Of a DNA stretch of 64,000 nt, positions 21,381 through 32,412 are shown in pieces. The position numbers and the translations under genes are program-made. The notes beneath the pieces were generated by a model. It saw nothing but the letters and a program-made list of their open reading frames with translations, did no database searches and was not told the DNA's origin. Source of the DNA: an uncultured Pelagibacteraceae bacterium (lineage in GTDB: Bacteria; Pseudomonadota; Alphaproteobacteria; Pelagibacterales; Pelagibacteraceae); assembly GCA_902522955.1 (NCBI GenBank), contig CABYXR010000002.1, forward strand, positions 16,205 to 80,204, in the 5' to 3' direction. The first letter of the stretch is position 1. Every line of letters begins with the position of its first letter.

Positions 21381-22123
21381 ATTATCTTGTTGGAGACATT
21401 GGAAATACATTAACAAAATTATCTATTTTAAACAGCAATTTTAAATCAAAACATATTTATAGTATTAAAACAAAAAAATTATTACAGGACAATTTAACAA
21501 AAAAATTTTTTAGTAAGATAATAAAAAAAAAGTTGTCTCAAAATGTTTTATTTTCTAGTGTAGTACCTAAAGCTTTTAAAATTATAAGAGATAATCTAAA
21601 AAAATACAATTTTAAAGTATTTGAAATAAAAGATTTAAAAATAAAAAAAATTTTAAGAATCAAAGTAAAAAACTATAATCAATTAGGTTCAGATAGAATA
21701 TCTAATGCCTTAGGTTCATTAAAATATAAGAATTGTTTAATTATAGATTTTGGAACTGCTACAACATTTGATATAGTTAAAAATGGTGTATATGATGGAG
21801 GAGTAATATCACCAGGTATAGATCTATCAATTTTAAATTTAAGTGATTCAACAGCTTTACTGCCTTTATTCAAATTAAAAAATATTCAAAAGAATTATGG
21901 CAAAAATACTCATGAAGCACTAAACGCTGGATTTCTTTGGGGTTATGAAGGATTAATAAATAATATAATTAAAAGAATTTCTAATAAAACAAAAGTAAAA
22001 TTTAAAATTATTTTGACAGGTGGATATGCTAAATTATTTAAAAAACATTTAAAAAATAAATCCACTATAGATGAAAATATTACAATTAAAGGTATTGCAA
22101 AAGCTTATAAAGAATTATTATGA
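21377..22123 (+). CDS. coaX: Type III pantothenate kinase
   Basis: DIGNT, SSVVP, LGSDR, IIDFGTATTFD, LTGG. Confidence 0.93.
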   Translation: MNYLVGDIGNTLTKLSILNSNFKSKHIYSIKTKKLLQDNLTKKFFSKIIKKKLSQNVLFSSVVPKAFKIIRDNLKKYNFKVFEIKDLKIKKILRIKVKNYNQLGSDRISNALGSLKYKNCLIIDFGTATTFDIVKNGVYDGGVISPGIDLSILNLSDSTALLPLFKLKNIQKNYGKNTHEALNAGFLWGYEGLINNIIKRISNKTKVKFKIILTGGYAKLFKKHLKNKSTIDENITIKGIAKAYKELL

Positions 22124-23778
22124 AAGATGAATTAATTTTTTGCCCCCTAGGAGGGTCTGGTGAGATTGGAGGCAATATGAATCTTTATGCATATGGCACT
22201 GAGGAAAACCAAAAATGGATAATTGTTGATATGGGAGTTTCTTTTGCTGATGACTCAATTCCTGGGGTTGATATAATTTTTCCTGACCCTGGATTTATAA
22301 TTGATAAAAAAGAGGATTTATTGGGGATTATTTTAACTCATGCGCATGAAGACCATATAGGGGCAGTTGTTCATATTTGGCCTAATTTAAAATGCAAAAT
22401 TTTTGCAACGCCATTCACATCAGTTTTAATTCAGGAAAAATTTAAAGAAAAAAAAATTGATATTTCAAAATATTTAAATGTAGTACCCCTAAATACAAAA
22501 GTTAAACTAGGAAAATTTGATATTGATTTTGTATCTTTAACACATTCAATATTAGAGCCTAATGGATTAAGTATTACGACTCCTCTAGGTACAATTTTAC
22601 ACACTGGGGACTGGAAAATAGACCCCAATCCTTTAATTGGAAGAAATATAGATGAAAAAAAATTGAGAGAAATCGGCACAAAAGGTGTTTCAGCAATGAT
22701 TTGTGACTCTACAAATGTATTTGATCAGGGCCGAGCAGGATCAGAGGCAGACGTAAGAGAAAATTTATTGAAAATAATGGAAACAAAAATGAATAGAATT
22801 TTAGTAACTTCATTTGCGTCAAATGTAGCAAGAATGGAGTCGATTTTTTACTGTGCAAAGAAAACAGGAAGATCTTTATGTTTGGTAGGAAGATCAATGC
22901 AAAGAATTTATAAAGCAGCAAAAAAATGCGGATATTTAGGAAACTTAATTGAACCAATAGATCTAAAAGACGCAAAAAATATAGCAAAAAATAAGATCTT
23001 ATATCTAGCAACAGGAAGTCAAGGTGAACCCATGGGTGCGATGAATAGAATTATTAATGGTATTCACCCCGAAGTGTTTTTAGAGCCCAAAGACTGTGTT
23101 ATTTTTTCATCAAAAATAATTCCAGGTAATGAAAAAAAACTTTACCATTTACAAAATTTAATTGTTAGAAATGATGTTGAAATTATAACTGAGGAAAATG
23201 CTTTTGTTCATGTTTCTGGACACCCAAATAGGGAAGATCTTAAAGATATGTATAATTGGGTAAAACCAAACTGTATAATTCCTGTACACGGTGAACATAG
23301 ACATATGAAAGAACATGTAACATTTGCTAAAGAAATGCAGATACCTAAAACTTTGTTAATTGAAAACGGAGATATTATAAGAATCCTACCTGGAAAAGAA
23401 CCTAAGATAATTGATAAAGCTCCTTCAGGAAAATTATATTTAGATGGAAACCTAGGTGTCGAAGCTGATTCTCAATCAATCAAAGATAGAAAAAGTCTCT
23501 CTATTAACGGATATTTAGAAATTACACTCATTGTATCAAATAATGGTAAAATTAAAAAACCAATAATCTCATTTAAAGGAATTCCTGAAAGTGATGAAAT
23601 AGAAAATTTTATTTTTGATATGGAGGATGAAATATTGAATATCTGTAGAACATTTTCCTTAGATACTAAAAAGCAAGAAAAAAATCTAGTTGAAACTATA
23701 AAACAAAATTGTAGAAAAATAGTAAGAGAAAAAACTGGAAAAAAACCATTTACAAATATCAATATTGCAAGAATTTAA
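22120..23778 (+). CDS. rnj: Ribonuclease J
   Basis: PLGGSGEIGGN, THAHEDHIG, HTGDWK, HVSGH, PVHGE beta-CASP motifs. Confidence 0.95.
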   Translation: MKDELIFCPLGGSGEIGGNMNLYAYGTEENQKWIIVDMGVSFADDSIPGVDIIFPDPGFIIDKKEDLLGIILTHAHEDHIGAVVHIWPNLKCKIFATPFTSVLIQEKFKEKKIDISKYLNVVPLNTKVKLGKFDIDFVSLTHSILEPNGLSITTPLGTILHTGDWKIDPNPLIGRNIDEKKLREIGTKGVSAMICDSTNVFDQGRAGSEADVRENLLKIMETKMNRILVTSFASNVARMESIFYCAKKTGRSLCLVGRSMQRIYKAAKKCGYLGNLIEPIDLKDAKNIAKNKILYLATGSQGEPMGAMNRIINGIHPEVFLEPKDCVIFSSKIIPGNEKKLYHLQNLIVRNDVEIITEENAFVHVSGHPNREDLKDMYNWVKPNCIIPVHGEHRHMKEHVTFAKEMQIPKTLLIENGDIIRILPGKEPKIIDKAPSGKLYLDGNLGVEADSQSIKDRKSLSINGYLEITLIVSNNGKIKKPIISFKGIPESDEIENFIFDMEDEILNICRTFSLDTKKQEKNLVETIKQNCRKIVREKTGKKPFTNINIARI

Positions 23779-24032
23779 TGGGATTAACCGGGTCTATTAT
23801 AATTTATGTGATGATTTGGTGGATAGTATTTTTTTCAATTTTACCAATCGGGATACAGTCTAACAAAGAAAATTTCAAAGAAAGTTTAGAGGGGTCTGAT
23901 CCTGGCGCTCCTAAAAACCCAAATATAGCTAAAAAATTTTTAGTCACAACTATAATTACATCTATATTGTTTATTGTGATATATTATCTTGTAAACAATG
24001 ATTTTCTTAATATAAGGAACTTTTTACAATAA
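23778..24032 (+). CDS. DUF1467-family small membrane protein
   Basis: IYVMIWWIVFFSILPIG...G.DPGAP..P signature; usual position upstream of proS. Confidence 0.8.
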   Translation: MGLTGSIIIYVMIWWIVFFSILPIGIQSNKENFKESLEGSDPGAPKNPNIAKKFLVTTIITSILFIVIYYLVNNDFLNIRNFLQ

Positions 24033-25345
24033 TGCACTTATCCAAACTTTTTATTCCGATATTGAAAGATCTTCCTAGTGAAGCAAAAATAAAATCTCAT
24101 CAGTTAATGTTAAGAACAGGTATGATAAAACAATCAGCTGCAGGTATCTATTCTTGGTTACCATTAGGATTTAAAATAATGAAAAAAATAGAGAGTATAG
24201 TAAGGGAAGAACAAAATTCTATAGGTGCCCAGGAATTGCTAATGCCAACTATTCAGTCATCCGAGATATGGAAAGAAAGTGGGCGTTACGAAGATTATGG
24301 AGAGGAGATGTTACGCATCAAAGATAGACAAGGAAGAGAAATGTTATATGGACCTACAAATGAAGAATTAATAACAGATATTTTTAGAACTAGCGTAAAA
24401 TCATACAAGTCACTTCCTCAAATCCTATATCATATTCAATGGAAGTTTAGAGACGAAATCAGACCTAGATTTGGGGTTATGCGATGTAGAGAATTTTATA
24501 TGAAAGATGCCTACTCGTTTGATGTTAACGATGAGCAAGCAAGAAATTCTTATAATAAAATGTTTTACTCATACATAAAAACATTTAATCGCTTAGGATT
24601 AAAAGCTATACCGATGGCAGCCGATACAGGACCAATTGGTGGAGATTTGTCCCATGAATTTATTATTTTAGCAGAAACTGGTGAAAGTCATATTTATGCT
24701 GACAAAAGCATTTTGGAAATAAATTTAAACAAATATGAAGCCTCTGACAAATCTTTAGAGGAAATGAGAAAAGATTTTTCCTCAATTTACGCAGTAACAG
24801 ATGAAAAATTTAAGTCAGATGAATTTAACAAATTTGTAAAAAAAGAAAATCAACTGAAAACAAAAGGTATAGAGGTAGGACATATCTTTTATTTTAGTGA
24901 TAAATATTCAAAGCCCCTAAATTGTTTAATTGATAACAAGGGAGGTTCAAAAACTCCAGTATGCATGGGATCTTATGGAATAGGAATCTCAAGACTTGTA
25001 GGTGCTACTATAGAAGCTAATTACAATAATGAAATTATGAAATGGCCTAAATCAATTGCTCCTTTCGACGTAGTTATAATTGTAAATATTAGTAAAAATA
25101 ACAAAGAAAATCTAGAAAAAGCAGAAAAAGTTTATAAAGAATTAAAAAAACAAAATATTGACGTATTGTTAGACGATGTAGATGAGAATATGTCTAATAA
25201 ATTTAAAAAACACGATTTAATAGGTATTCCATATCAAATAATAATTGGTTCTAAAACAGAGCAGAATAAATACGAATTTAAAGAACTAAAATCAAAAATT
25301 CAAATTTTGAGTCTGGATAATATTAAATCTCAACTAAAAAAATAA
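24032..25345 (+). CDS. proS: Proline--tRNA ligase (short type without editing insertion)
   Basis: SHQLMLR.G, GPTNEE, FRDEIRPRFGVMR.REF, GIEVGHIF, MGSYGIGISR. Confidence 0.96.
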   Translation: MHLSKLFIPILKDLPSEAKIKSHQLMLRTGMIKQSAAGIYSWLPLGFKIMKKIESIVREEQNSIGAQELLMPTIQSSEIWKESGRYEDYGEEMLRIKDRQGREMLYGPTNEELITDIFRTSVKSYKSLPQILYHIQWKFRDEIRPRFGVMRCREFYMKDAYSFDVNDEQARNSYNKMFYSYIKTFNRLGLKAIPMAADTGPIGGDLSHEFIILAETGESHIYADKSILEINLNKYEASDKSLEEMRKDFSSIYAVTDEKFKSDEFNKFVKKENQLKTKGIEVGHIFYFSDKYSKPLNCLIDNKGGSKTPVCMGSYGIGISRLVGATIEANYNNEIMKWPKSIAPFDVVIIVNISKNNKENLEKAEKVYKELKKQNIDVLLDDVDENMSNKFKKHDLIGIPYQIIIGSKTEQNKYEFKELKSKIQILSLDNIKSQLKK

Positions 25346-25346
25346 T

Positions 25347-26576
25347 TTGTTTACAAGAGCAGAAAGATTAATTTCAATTAGAAACTTACGTCCAAAAAAA
25401 AAAGAAGGATTTTTAAAAGTAATATCTATTTTTTCATTTTTAGGGATAATGTTAGGTGTTGCTATATTAATAGTAGTAATGTCAGTAATGAATGGTTTTA
25501 AAACTGAACTAACAAAAAAGATTTTAGGTTTAAATCCACATATAGTTATTCAGCCAAATGGCTTCAAAATTGAGGAAAATTTTTTAAAAAAAATTAGACA
25601 AATAAATTCAAATTTTAAAATTTCAAAAACGTATTCAGGTGAGGGGATAATACTCAATAATCAAAATGCAAAAGGCATAATTATTAAGGGAGTAGACAAA
25701 AAAAATAAAGAAAGTTTAAATTTTTTGAAAAATATTTCTCAAGGTGATTTTACAGAAATTTCAAGTGGTGATGCTTTTATAGGTGTAGAATTAGCTTATG
25801 ATTTAGACTTAAAAATTGGTGACAAAATTAGTTTAATGTCTACCGCATTGATTGCTACGCCTTTAGGGGGGTTACCAAAACAAGACATCTTTATTGTTAA
25901 AGGATTGTTTAACACAGGTTTTTATGAATTTGACAAAAATTTTGTTTATTTAGAATTAAAAGATACTCTTACTATGTTTGATAAAGATGAATTTGAACAA
26001 AATTTTGAGATTTATTTAAAGCAACCTATACAAGCTGACATGTATAAGAATAAAATACAAAATTTAAACCCAAATTATTTTGTTTATTCTTGGTCAGACT
26101 TAAACAAATCTTTTTTTAGTGCTTTAAAAGTTGAAAGAAATGTAATGTTTATAATTTTGACGCTAATCTTAATCATAGCAGCTTTCAATATAATTTCTGG
26201 ATTAACTATTCTGATTAAAAACAAAACTAAAGAAATTGCAATTTTAAAAACACTAGGCTTAAGTAATAATTCAATTAAAAAATCTTTTTTCTTAACAGGT
26301 TTTACAATTGGTTTTTTTGCTACTCTAGCTGGGATTTTTTTTGGAGTATTATTTGCATTGAATATTGAAAAGGTAAGAGTATTTCTATCAAGTTTTTTAA
26401 ATTTAGAAATTTTTCCATCGGATGTATATTTTCTTGAAACCTTACCCAGTGAGATAAATTTTTCTTCAATAGCGATGATTTTCTTATTTTCGATACTCAT
26501 ATCTGCAATCGCATCAATTATTCCGTCAATTAAAATATCAAAAATGAAAACATTTAGAGCTTTGAGATATGAATAA
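25347..26576 (+). CDS. lolE: Lipoprotein-releasing ABC transporter permease (LolC/E family)
   Basis: GIMLGVAILIVVMSVMNGF, IAAFNIIS.L, KTKEIAILKTLG; TTG start; precedes lolD. Confidence 0.88.
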   Translation: MFTRAERLISIRNLRPKKKEGFLKVISIFSFLGIMLGVAILIVVMSVMNGFKTELTKKILGLNPHIVIQPNGFKIEENFLKKIRQINSNFKISKTYSGEGIILNNQNAKGIIIKGVDKKNKESLNFLKNISQGDFTEISSGDAFIGVELAYDLDLKIGDKISLMSTALIATPLGGLPKQDIFIVKGLFNTGFYEFDKNFVYLELKDTLTMFDKDEFEQNFEIYLKQPIQADMYKNKIQNLNPNYFVYSWSDLNKSFFSALKVERNVMFIILTLILIIAAFNIISGLTILIKNKTKEIAILKTLGLSNNSIKKSFFLTGFTIGFFATLAGIFFGVLFALNIEKVRVFLSSFLNLEIFPSDVYFLETLPSEINFSSIAMIFLFSILISAIASIIPSIKISKMKTFRALRYE

Positions 26577-27270
26577 AACTTTATTAGAGACAATAAATTT
26601 AAAGAAAACTTTTCACCACAAAAATGGAATAATTCAACTTTTCAATAACGTGAATATTAAGATTAAGTCTGGAGATCTTATAGCTTTAGTGGGTCCATCA
26701 GGTTCAGGAAAATCAACATTTTTACATTTATTAGCCTTATTAGACTATCCTACTAATGGAAAAATTTTATTAAAAAATAAAGATACAAAAACTTTTAGCA
26801 ACAATGATAAGGATAAAGCGAGAAAAGAAAATGTTTCAATTATTTTTCAGGATAATAATTTATTAACAGACTTTACGGTTCTTGAAAATGTGATGATGCC
26901 CTTAATAATTAAAGGTGAAAAAACTTTCATAGCTGAAAAAAAATCAGAAAACCTGTTAAAAAAAGTAAAAATTTTAGATAGAAAAAATCATTTCCCTAAT
27001 GAACTATCAGGTGGGGAACAACAAAGGGTTGCTATAGCAAGATCTTTAGTTTCAGAAACAGAAATTATTTTAGCAGATGAACCCACTGGAAACTTAGACT
27101 ATAAAACTTCAGAAAATATATTTTCATATTTTTTAAAGTTAAAAAAAATGAATAAAGCAATAATTTTTGCAACTCACAATAGAGAACTTGCTAACAAAGC
27201 AGATTATAAGTTGAGTATTTTGAGAGGTAATATAAAACGAGTTAATGTCCTCCCCAATAAAAGAATTTAA
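26569..27270 (+). CDS. lolD: Lipoprotein-releasing ABC transporter ATP-binding protein
   Basis: GPSGSGKST, LSGGEQQRVAIAR, ADEPTGNLD. Confidence 0.9.
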   Translation: MNKTLLETINLKKTFHHKNGIIQLFNNVNIKIKSGDLIALVGPSGSGKSTFLHLLALLDYPTNGKILLKNKDTKTFSNNDKDKARKENVSIIFQDNNLLTDFTVLENVMMPLIIKGEKTFIAEKKSENLLKKVKILDRKNHFPNELSGGEQQRVAIARSLVSETEIILADEPTGNLDYKTSENIFSYFLKLKKMNKAIIFATHNRELANKADYKLSILRGNIKRVNVLPNKRI

Positions 27271-30200
27271 TAATATTAAAGTCCACACTCAATATTCAAT
27301 ATGCGAAGGTGCTGTAAAAATAGATGAACTGGCCAATTATTGTAAAGATAACAAAATTAAAGCTATAGGAATAGCTGATAGCTTAAATTTATGTGGTGCA
27401 TTAGAGTTCGCTGAAAAAATAAGCAAAGTCGGAACGCAGCCAATTATTGGAACACAAATTAATATTTTTTTAAATAATATTATAGGAAAAATAACTTTAT
27501 ATGCAACTTCAGAAAAAGGGTACACAAATTTAGTAAAACTCTCCTCATTAAGTTATCTTAAAAACAAGAAATCACAGGAGCCTTGCTGTGAAATAGATGA
27601 TTTAATTAATAACAATCATGATCTTATTATTCTTACCGGTAACTATAAAAATTTATTTGGCAAACTATTTTATTCAAACAAAATCAAAATTTTTGAAGAT
27701 GTAATAATTAAATTAATACCTCACTTTAAAGATAGATTGTACTTAGAAATACTAAGACACTCTGAGTCTCAAGAAAAAAATTATGAAAACTATTTGTTTA
27801 AAATTTCATCTAAATTTAATTTACCATTAATTGCTGGACAAGAAGTTTATTACATAAACCCAGATATGGCTGAAGCTCATGATGCTCTTATTTGTATAGG
27901 GGAAAAACAATTTGTAGATGATCAAAATAGATTTAAATATAGTAACGAGCATTACTTAAAAAAAAGCCATGAATTACAAAAAATATTCAGTGATATCCCT
28001 GAAGCTTTAGAAAATAATTATAATTTTCCCTTAAGATTTAACTTTAAACCAAAAAAGTCAAAACCAATATTACCTTCCATTTCAAATAATATTAATAAAT
28101 CAGTTGAGCAAGAATTAATGGATCAAGCTAAACAAGGTCTAGATTTAAGACTTAGCAATTTTGTTTTTAAAAAAAATAAAAAATATTCCAACGAGAGAGT
28201 TAAAAAGATTTACGAAGAAAGATTATATCATGAATTGGATATAATAAATTCAATGAACTACTCAAGTTATTTTTTAATTGTTTCAGATTACATTAAATGG
28301 GCAAAAAAAAATGCTATACCAGTAGGACCTGGCAGAGGTTCGGGTGCAGGATCTTTAGTTGCTTATTCTTTAGATATAACTGATCTTGACCCAATTGAGT
28401 TCGATTTGATATTTGAGAGATTTTTAAATCCAGATAGAATTTCTATGCCAGACTTCGATATTGATTTTTGTGAGGAGCAAAGAGACAAAGTTTTTGAATA
28501 TTTAAAATCTAAATATAAAGATGGAGTAGCACATATTATTACTTTTGGTAAACTAAAAGCCAGGATGGCACTTCGGGACGTTGGAAGAGTTTTGGGTTTA
28601 TCTTATGGGCATGTAGATAAAATTTGTAAAATGATCCCATTTGATCCTTCAAGACCTTTAACTTTGCAAGAATCTATAAATAGAGAGCCTAGGTTTAAAG
28701 AAGAAATTAATAAAAATATTAAAGTTAAAAAGTTAATTGAATTATCACTTAAACTTGAGGGTTTAAATAGAAACATGGCAACCCATGCAGCTGGAGTAGT
28801 TATTGCAGGGAATAAATTAGCAGAAAAATTTCCGCTTTATGTTGATCAAAGCTCAAATTTAATTTTGCCCTCTACCCAGTATGATATGTATTCTTCTGAA
28901 AATGCTGGGCTAGTAAAATTTGATTTACTCGGTTTAAAAACTTTGACGGTAATAAATAATACTCTTAAGCGATTGAGATTAAAAAAAATTAACTTAGATA
29001 TAGATAAAATAGATCTAGAGGATAAAAAAGTATACTCTTTACTTTCTGCTGGTGAAACTGTGGGATTATTTCAATTAGAAAGCTCAGGTATGAGAGAGTC
29101 AATAAAACAAATGAGACCAAATAAATTTGATGATATTATAGCCTTAGTGGCTTTGTACAGACCCGGGCCAATGAGCAACATACCGATATACAATGATTGT
29201 AAAAATGGGATTAAAACTCCAGATTATATTCACCCAACTTTAGAAAAAATTCTTAAACCAACTTACGGAATTATAATATACCAGGAACAAGTAATGCAAA
29301 TTGCCCAAACTCTAGCAGGTTTTACCGCTGGTGAAGCAGACATTTTAAGAAGAGCTATGGGTAAAAAAAAAAAGGCAGAGTTAGATAAGCAAAAAGAAAG
29401 ATTTATAAATGGAGCAATAAATAAAGGAATAGCCAAGGATGTTGCTAATTTTGTTTTTACAAAAATTGAACCATTTGCTCAATATGGTTTTAATAAAAGT
29501 CACGCTGCTGCTTATGCATTAATTGCTTATCAAACAGCTTTTTTAAAAACTTATTATAAAGAAGATTTTATTGCCGCTACAATGTCTACTGAATTAACCA
29601 ATACTTCAAAATTAAGAGAGTTTGTTGAAGAACTAAAAAGATTAAATATTGAAATTATAAGACCTTCGATCAACAAATGTTTTGCTGATTTCAAAGCAGA
29701 TAAGAATAAAATCTATTACGGTTTAGGGGCAGTCAAAAATGTTGGATTTGAAGCAATATCTAATATTGTAGAAGAAAGAAAAAAAAATGGAGTGTTTAAA
29801 TCGCTTATTGATTTTATTTATAGGGTAAACATAAAAGATGTAAACAAGCTTCAATTAGAGGGCTTAGTTAAATCAGGGGCATTCGATGAATTTGATAAAG
29901 ATAGAAATAAAATTTTAAATTCAATCCCAAAAATAATATCACAAATTAAAAATATAAATGAAGATAAGTCCAATAATCAAACAAGCTTATTTGAAAATAC
30001 AAACGACAGCAAAAATTTTGATTTTTTACCTGCAAAAATTTGGACTAAAAAACAACTTTTATCAGAGGAGTTCAAAGCAATGGGGTTTTACATTTCAGAT
30101 CATCCGCTAAGTGAATATGGTGAAATTTTTAAACAATTAAATATTTCTTCTTATAAAGAATTTTATCAAAAAGACGAAAGTGAAGCATTGGTAGCTGGGA

Positions 30201-30643
30201 CTATTATGTCTATACAAGAAAAAAAAAGTACAAAAGGAACACCCTTTGCGATTGTAAAGTTTAGTGATAATGATGGCGAATTTGAACTATTCTTGTTTGC
30301 TGAAATATTAATAAGCAATAGAGATAAAATTAAAGAGTCCGAGTCATTTGTACTTACTTTGCAGAAAGATAGGCTAAGTAAAAGAATAAATTTAAAAAAA
30401 ATACTCAGTTTAGATGAGATCATCAATAGACCATATTCTAAAGTTACAATAGAATTAAATGATAATTACGACATTGAAGAAATAAAAAAATTGTTGAGCG
30501 GTGAAGGAAATACGCAAATAAATTTAATTATTAATAACAAAAATAAAAAAATCCATTACAATTTACAAAATTCAAGAAAATTTGATTTTAATCAATTAAA
30601 AATGATGAAAAACAAGGAATACGTAAAAAAAATCATCGTTTAG
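27245..30643 (+). CDS. dnaE: DNA polymerase III alpha subunit
   Basis: PHP domain, GPGRGSGAGS, FERFLNPDR.SMPDFDIDF, YGFNKSHA, OB fold. Confidence 0.97.
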   Translation: MSSPIKEFNNIKVHTQYSICEGAVKIDELANYCKDNKIKAIGIADSLNLCGALEFAEKISKVGTQPIIGTQINIFLNNIIGKITLYATSEKGYTNLVKLSSLSYLKNKKSQEPCCEIDDLINNNHDLIILTGNYKNLFGKLFYSNKIKIFEDVIIKLIPHFKDRLYLEILRHSESQEKNYENYLFKISSKFNLPLIAGQEVYYINPDMAEAHDALICIGEKQFVDDQNRFKYSNEHYLKKSHELQKIFSDIPEALENNYNFPLRFNFKPKKSKPILPSISNNINKSVEQELMDQAKQGLDLRLSNFVFKKNKKYSNERVKKIYEERLYHELDIINSMNYSSYFLIVSDYIKWAKKNAIPVGPGRGSGAGSLVAYSLDITDLDPIEFDLIFERFLNPDRISMPDFDIDFCEEQRDKVFEYLKSKYKDGVAHIITFGKLKARMALRDVGRVLGLSYGHVDKICKMIPFDPSRPLTLQESINREPRFKEEINKNIKVKKLIELSLKLEGLNRNMATHAAGVVIAGNKLAEKFPLYVDQSSNLILPSTQYDMYSSENAGLVKFDLLGLKTLTVINNTLKRLRLKKINLDIDKIDLEDKKVYSLLSAGETVGLFQLESSGMRESIKQMRPNKFDDIIALVALYRPGPMSNIPIYNDCKNGIKTPDYIHPTLEKILKPTYGIIIYQEQVMQIAQTLAGFTAGEADILRRAMGKKKKAELDKQKERFINGAINKGIAKDVANFVFTKIEPFAQYGFNKSHAAAYALIAYQTAFLKTYYKEDFIAATMSTELTNTSKLREFVEELKRLNIEIIRPSINKCFADFKADKNKIYYGLGAVKNVGFEAISNIVEERKKNGVFKSLIDFIYRVNIKDVNKLQLEGLVKSGAFDEFDKDRNKILNSIPKIISQIKNINEDKSNNQTSLFENTNDSKNFDFLPAKIWTKKQLLSEEFKAMGFYISDHPLSEYGEIFKQLNISSYKEFYQKDESEALVAGTIMSIQEKKSTKGTPFAIVKFSDNDGEFELFLFAEILISNRDKIKESESFVLTLQKDRLSKRINLKKILSLDEIINRPYSKVTIELNDNYDIEEIKKLLSGEGNTQINLIINNKNKKIHYNLQNSRKFDFNQLKMMKNKEYVKKIIV

Positions 30644-30688
30644 AAGCTTGTTTTTTTTAAATTGGTTGTATATATCATTCATTAATTT

Positions 30689-30755
30689 CGCACACAGTTA
30701 TAAGGGCATGGCCCTCCCGGTCCATAATTTGGAGTTACTGTGGTGGATTAACCGG
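30689..30755 (+). ncRNA. rpsB 5' leader cis-regulatory RNA (candidate S2 autogenous control element)
   Basis: GC-rich island in AT-rich DNA: CACAGT(30693-98)/ACTGTG(30737-42) outer stem enclosing AGGGC/GCCCT and TCCA/TGGA hairpins; CCGGT/ACCGG potential pseudoknot. Confidence 0.7.
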
Positions 30756-30763
30756 AAAAAAAT

Positions 30764-31528
30764 ATGAACGTACCTAAGGTAGATATAAAACAACTTTTAG
30801 AAGCAGGAGTGCATCTTGGACATAAGACTTTAAGATGGAATCCAAAAATGAAGAAATTTATTTTTGGTGAGAAAAATTCGATTCATATTATTGATTTAAC
30901 TCAAACAGTCGAATTTTTAAAAAGCGCGCTAGTTGAGGTTCACAAAACTATTTCAGCTGGAGGAAAACTTTTAATTGTTTCAACCAAAAAACAAGCCTCC
31001 GAACAGGTAAGAGATTTAGCTAAAGAAACTAATCAATATTTTGTTAATTATAGATGGCTTGGTGGAATGTTAACTAATTGGAATACAATACAAAATTCGA
31101 TAAAAAGACTAAAGAAATTAAACGAACAATTATCGAAGGAGAATATTGGCTTTACCAAAAAAGAAATTTTAAAATTTGGAAAAGAAAAAGAAAAGTTGCA
31201 AAGATCCCTAGGGGGAATTGTAGAAATGAAAAAAACACCTAACTTAATTTTTATAATAGATACAAATATAGAGTCTTTAGCAGTGGCTGAGTCAAAAAAA
31301 TTAGGTATTCCAATTATTGCAATTTTAGATACCAATTCAGACCCAACCGGCATTGATTTTCCTATACCTGGCAATGATGATGCGAGAAGATCAATTAATC
31401 TTTACTGCGAGTTATTAAAAAATACTATTAAAGATGCAGAAAAATTTATTAAAGAACCAGAAATAAAAAAAGAAGAAAAAAAATCCAGCATTAAATCAGA
31501 AAAAAAAACTGACAATAGAAAAAAATAA
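30764..31528 (+). CDS. rpsB: 30S ribosomal protein S2
   Basis: [31 protein letters not shown]. Confidence 0.98.
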   Translation: MNVPKVDIKQLLEAGVHLGHKTLRWNPKMKKFIFGEKNSIHIIDLTQTVEFLKSALVEVHKTISAGGKLLIVSTKKQASEQVRDLAKETNQYFVNYRWLGGMLTNWNTIQNSIKRLKKLNEQLSKENIGFTKKEILKFGKEKEKLQRSLGGIVEMKKTPNLIFIIDTNIESLAVAESKKLGIPIIAILDTNSDPTGIDFPIPGNDDARRSINLYCELLKNTIKDAEKFIKEPEIKKEEKKSSIKSEKKTDNRKK

Positions 31529-31545
31529 TTCAGCTTATTTAGCAA

Positions 31546-32409
31546 ATGTCAAACAAAGTTTTATTAGATAATATTAAGAAATTAAGAGAAATCACGGGAG
31601 TTGGTTTTAAAGATTGTAAATTAGCTTTAGATGAAACTAAAGGTGATATTGAAAAATCAATTGAATTTTTAAGAAAAAAGGGAATAGCAAAAGCCTCTAA
31701 AAAAATGAGTAGAACTGCCTCAGAAGGCTTAGTCTTGGTTAAAGAAGATAAGGGAGAAGTGGCATTAATCGAAATAAATAGTGAAACAGATTTTGTTGCG
31801 AAAAATAATGATTTTATAACATTCTGTAAAGATTTGTCAGAATTAAATTTTACGGCTAGAGGAAACTTAGAGATTCTAAATAATTCTAAAATGACCAACG
31901 GAATAACAGTTAAAGAGAATCTGGTAAATCTTATAGCAAAAATAGGTGAAAAGATTACAATTAGAAGGGCAAATTTTTTTGATAACAAAAAGGGTTTGAA
32001 CTTTTATTATGTGCACTCCGCACTAGAAAAAAATATAGGAAAAATAATTTCAGTTGTTAAAATGGATGGTCTAAGCAACGAAAATAAAGATATTGGAATG
32101 AAAATCTCAATGCACATAGCAGCCTCAAATCCTCTAGCTATTGATGAACAAGGGATAAATAAAGAAACTATAGACAAAGAATTAGAAATCATCAAAGCCG
32201 AAATAATAAACTCTGGAAAACCTAAAGAAATGGCAGAGAAAATTTCAAAAGGCAAAATTTCAAAATTTATCAATGACAATACACTTCTAAATCAAGTTTG
32301 GATTATGGACCCCAAAAAAAAAGTTTCTGATATACTTAAAGAATTAAAACAAGAAAAAGAGCTAAAAATACTAAATTTTCTAAGGTATAAAGTAGGCGAA
32401 GGTATTTAA
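31546..32409 (+). CDS. tsf: Elongation factor Ts
   Basis: IKKLRE.TG.G..DCK.AL, EINSETDFVA. Confidence 0.97.
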   Translation: MSNKVLLDNIKKLREITGVGFKDCKLALDETKGDIEKSIEFLRKKGIAKASKKMSRTASEGLVLVKEDKGEVALIEINSETDFVAKNNDFITFCKDLSELNFTARGNLEILNNSKMTNGITVKENLVNLIAKIGEKITIRRANFFDNKKGLNFYYVHSALEKNIGKIISVVKMDGLSNENKDIGMKISMHIAASNPLAIDEQGINKETIDKELEIIKAEIINSGKPKEMAEKISKGKISKFINDNTLLNQVWIMDPKKKVSDILKELKQEKELKILNFLRYKVGEGI

Positions 32410-32412
32410 AAA

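Noticed and set aside
20817-23778. birA-coaX-rnj attached to the nuo operon as a novel association
   Set aside because: This is common alphaproteobacterial synteny.
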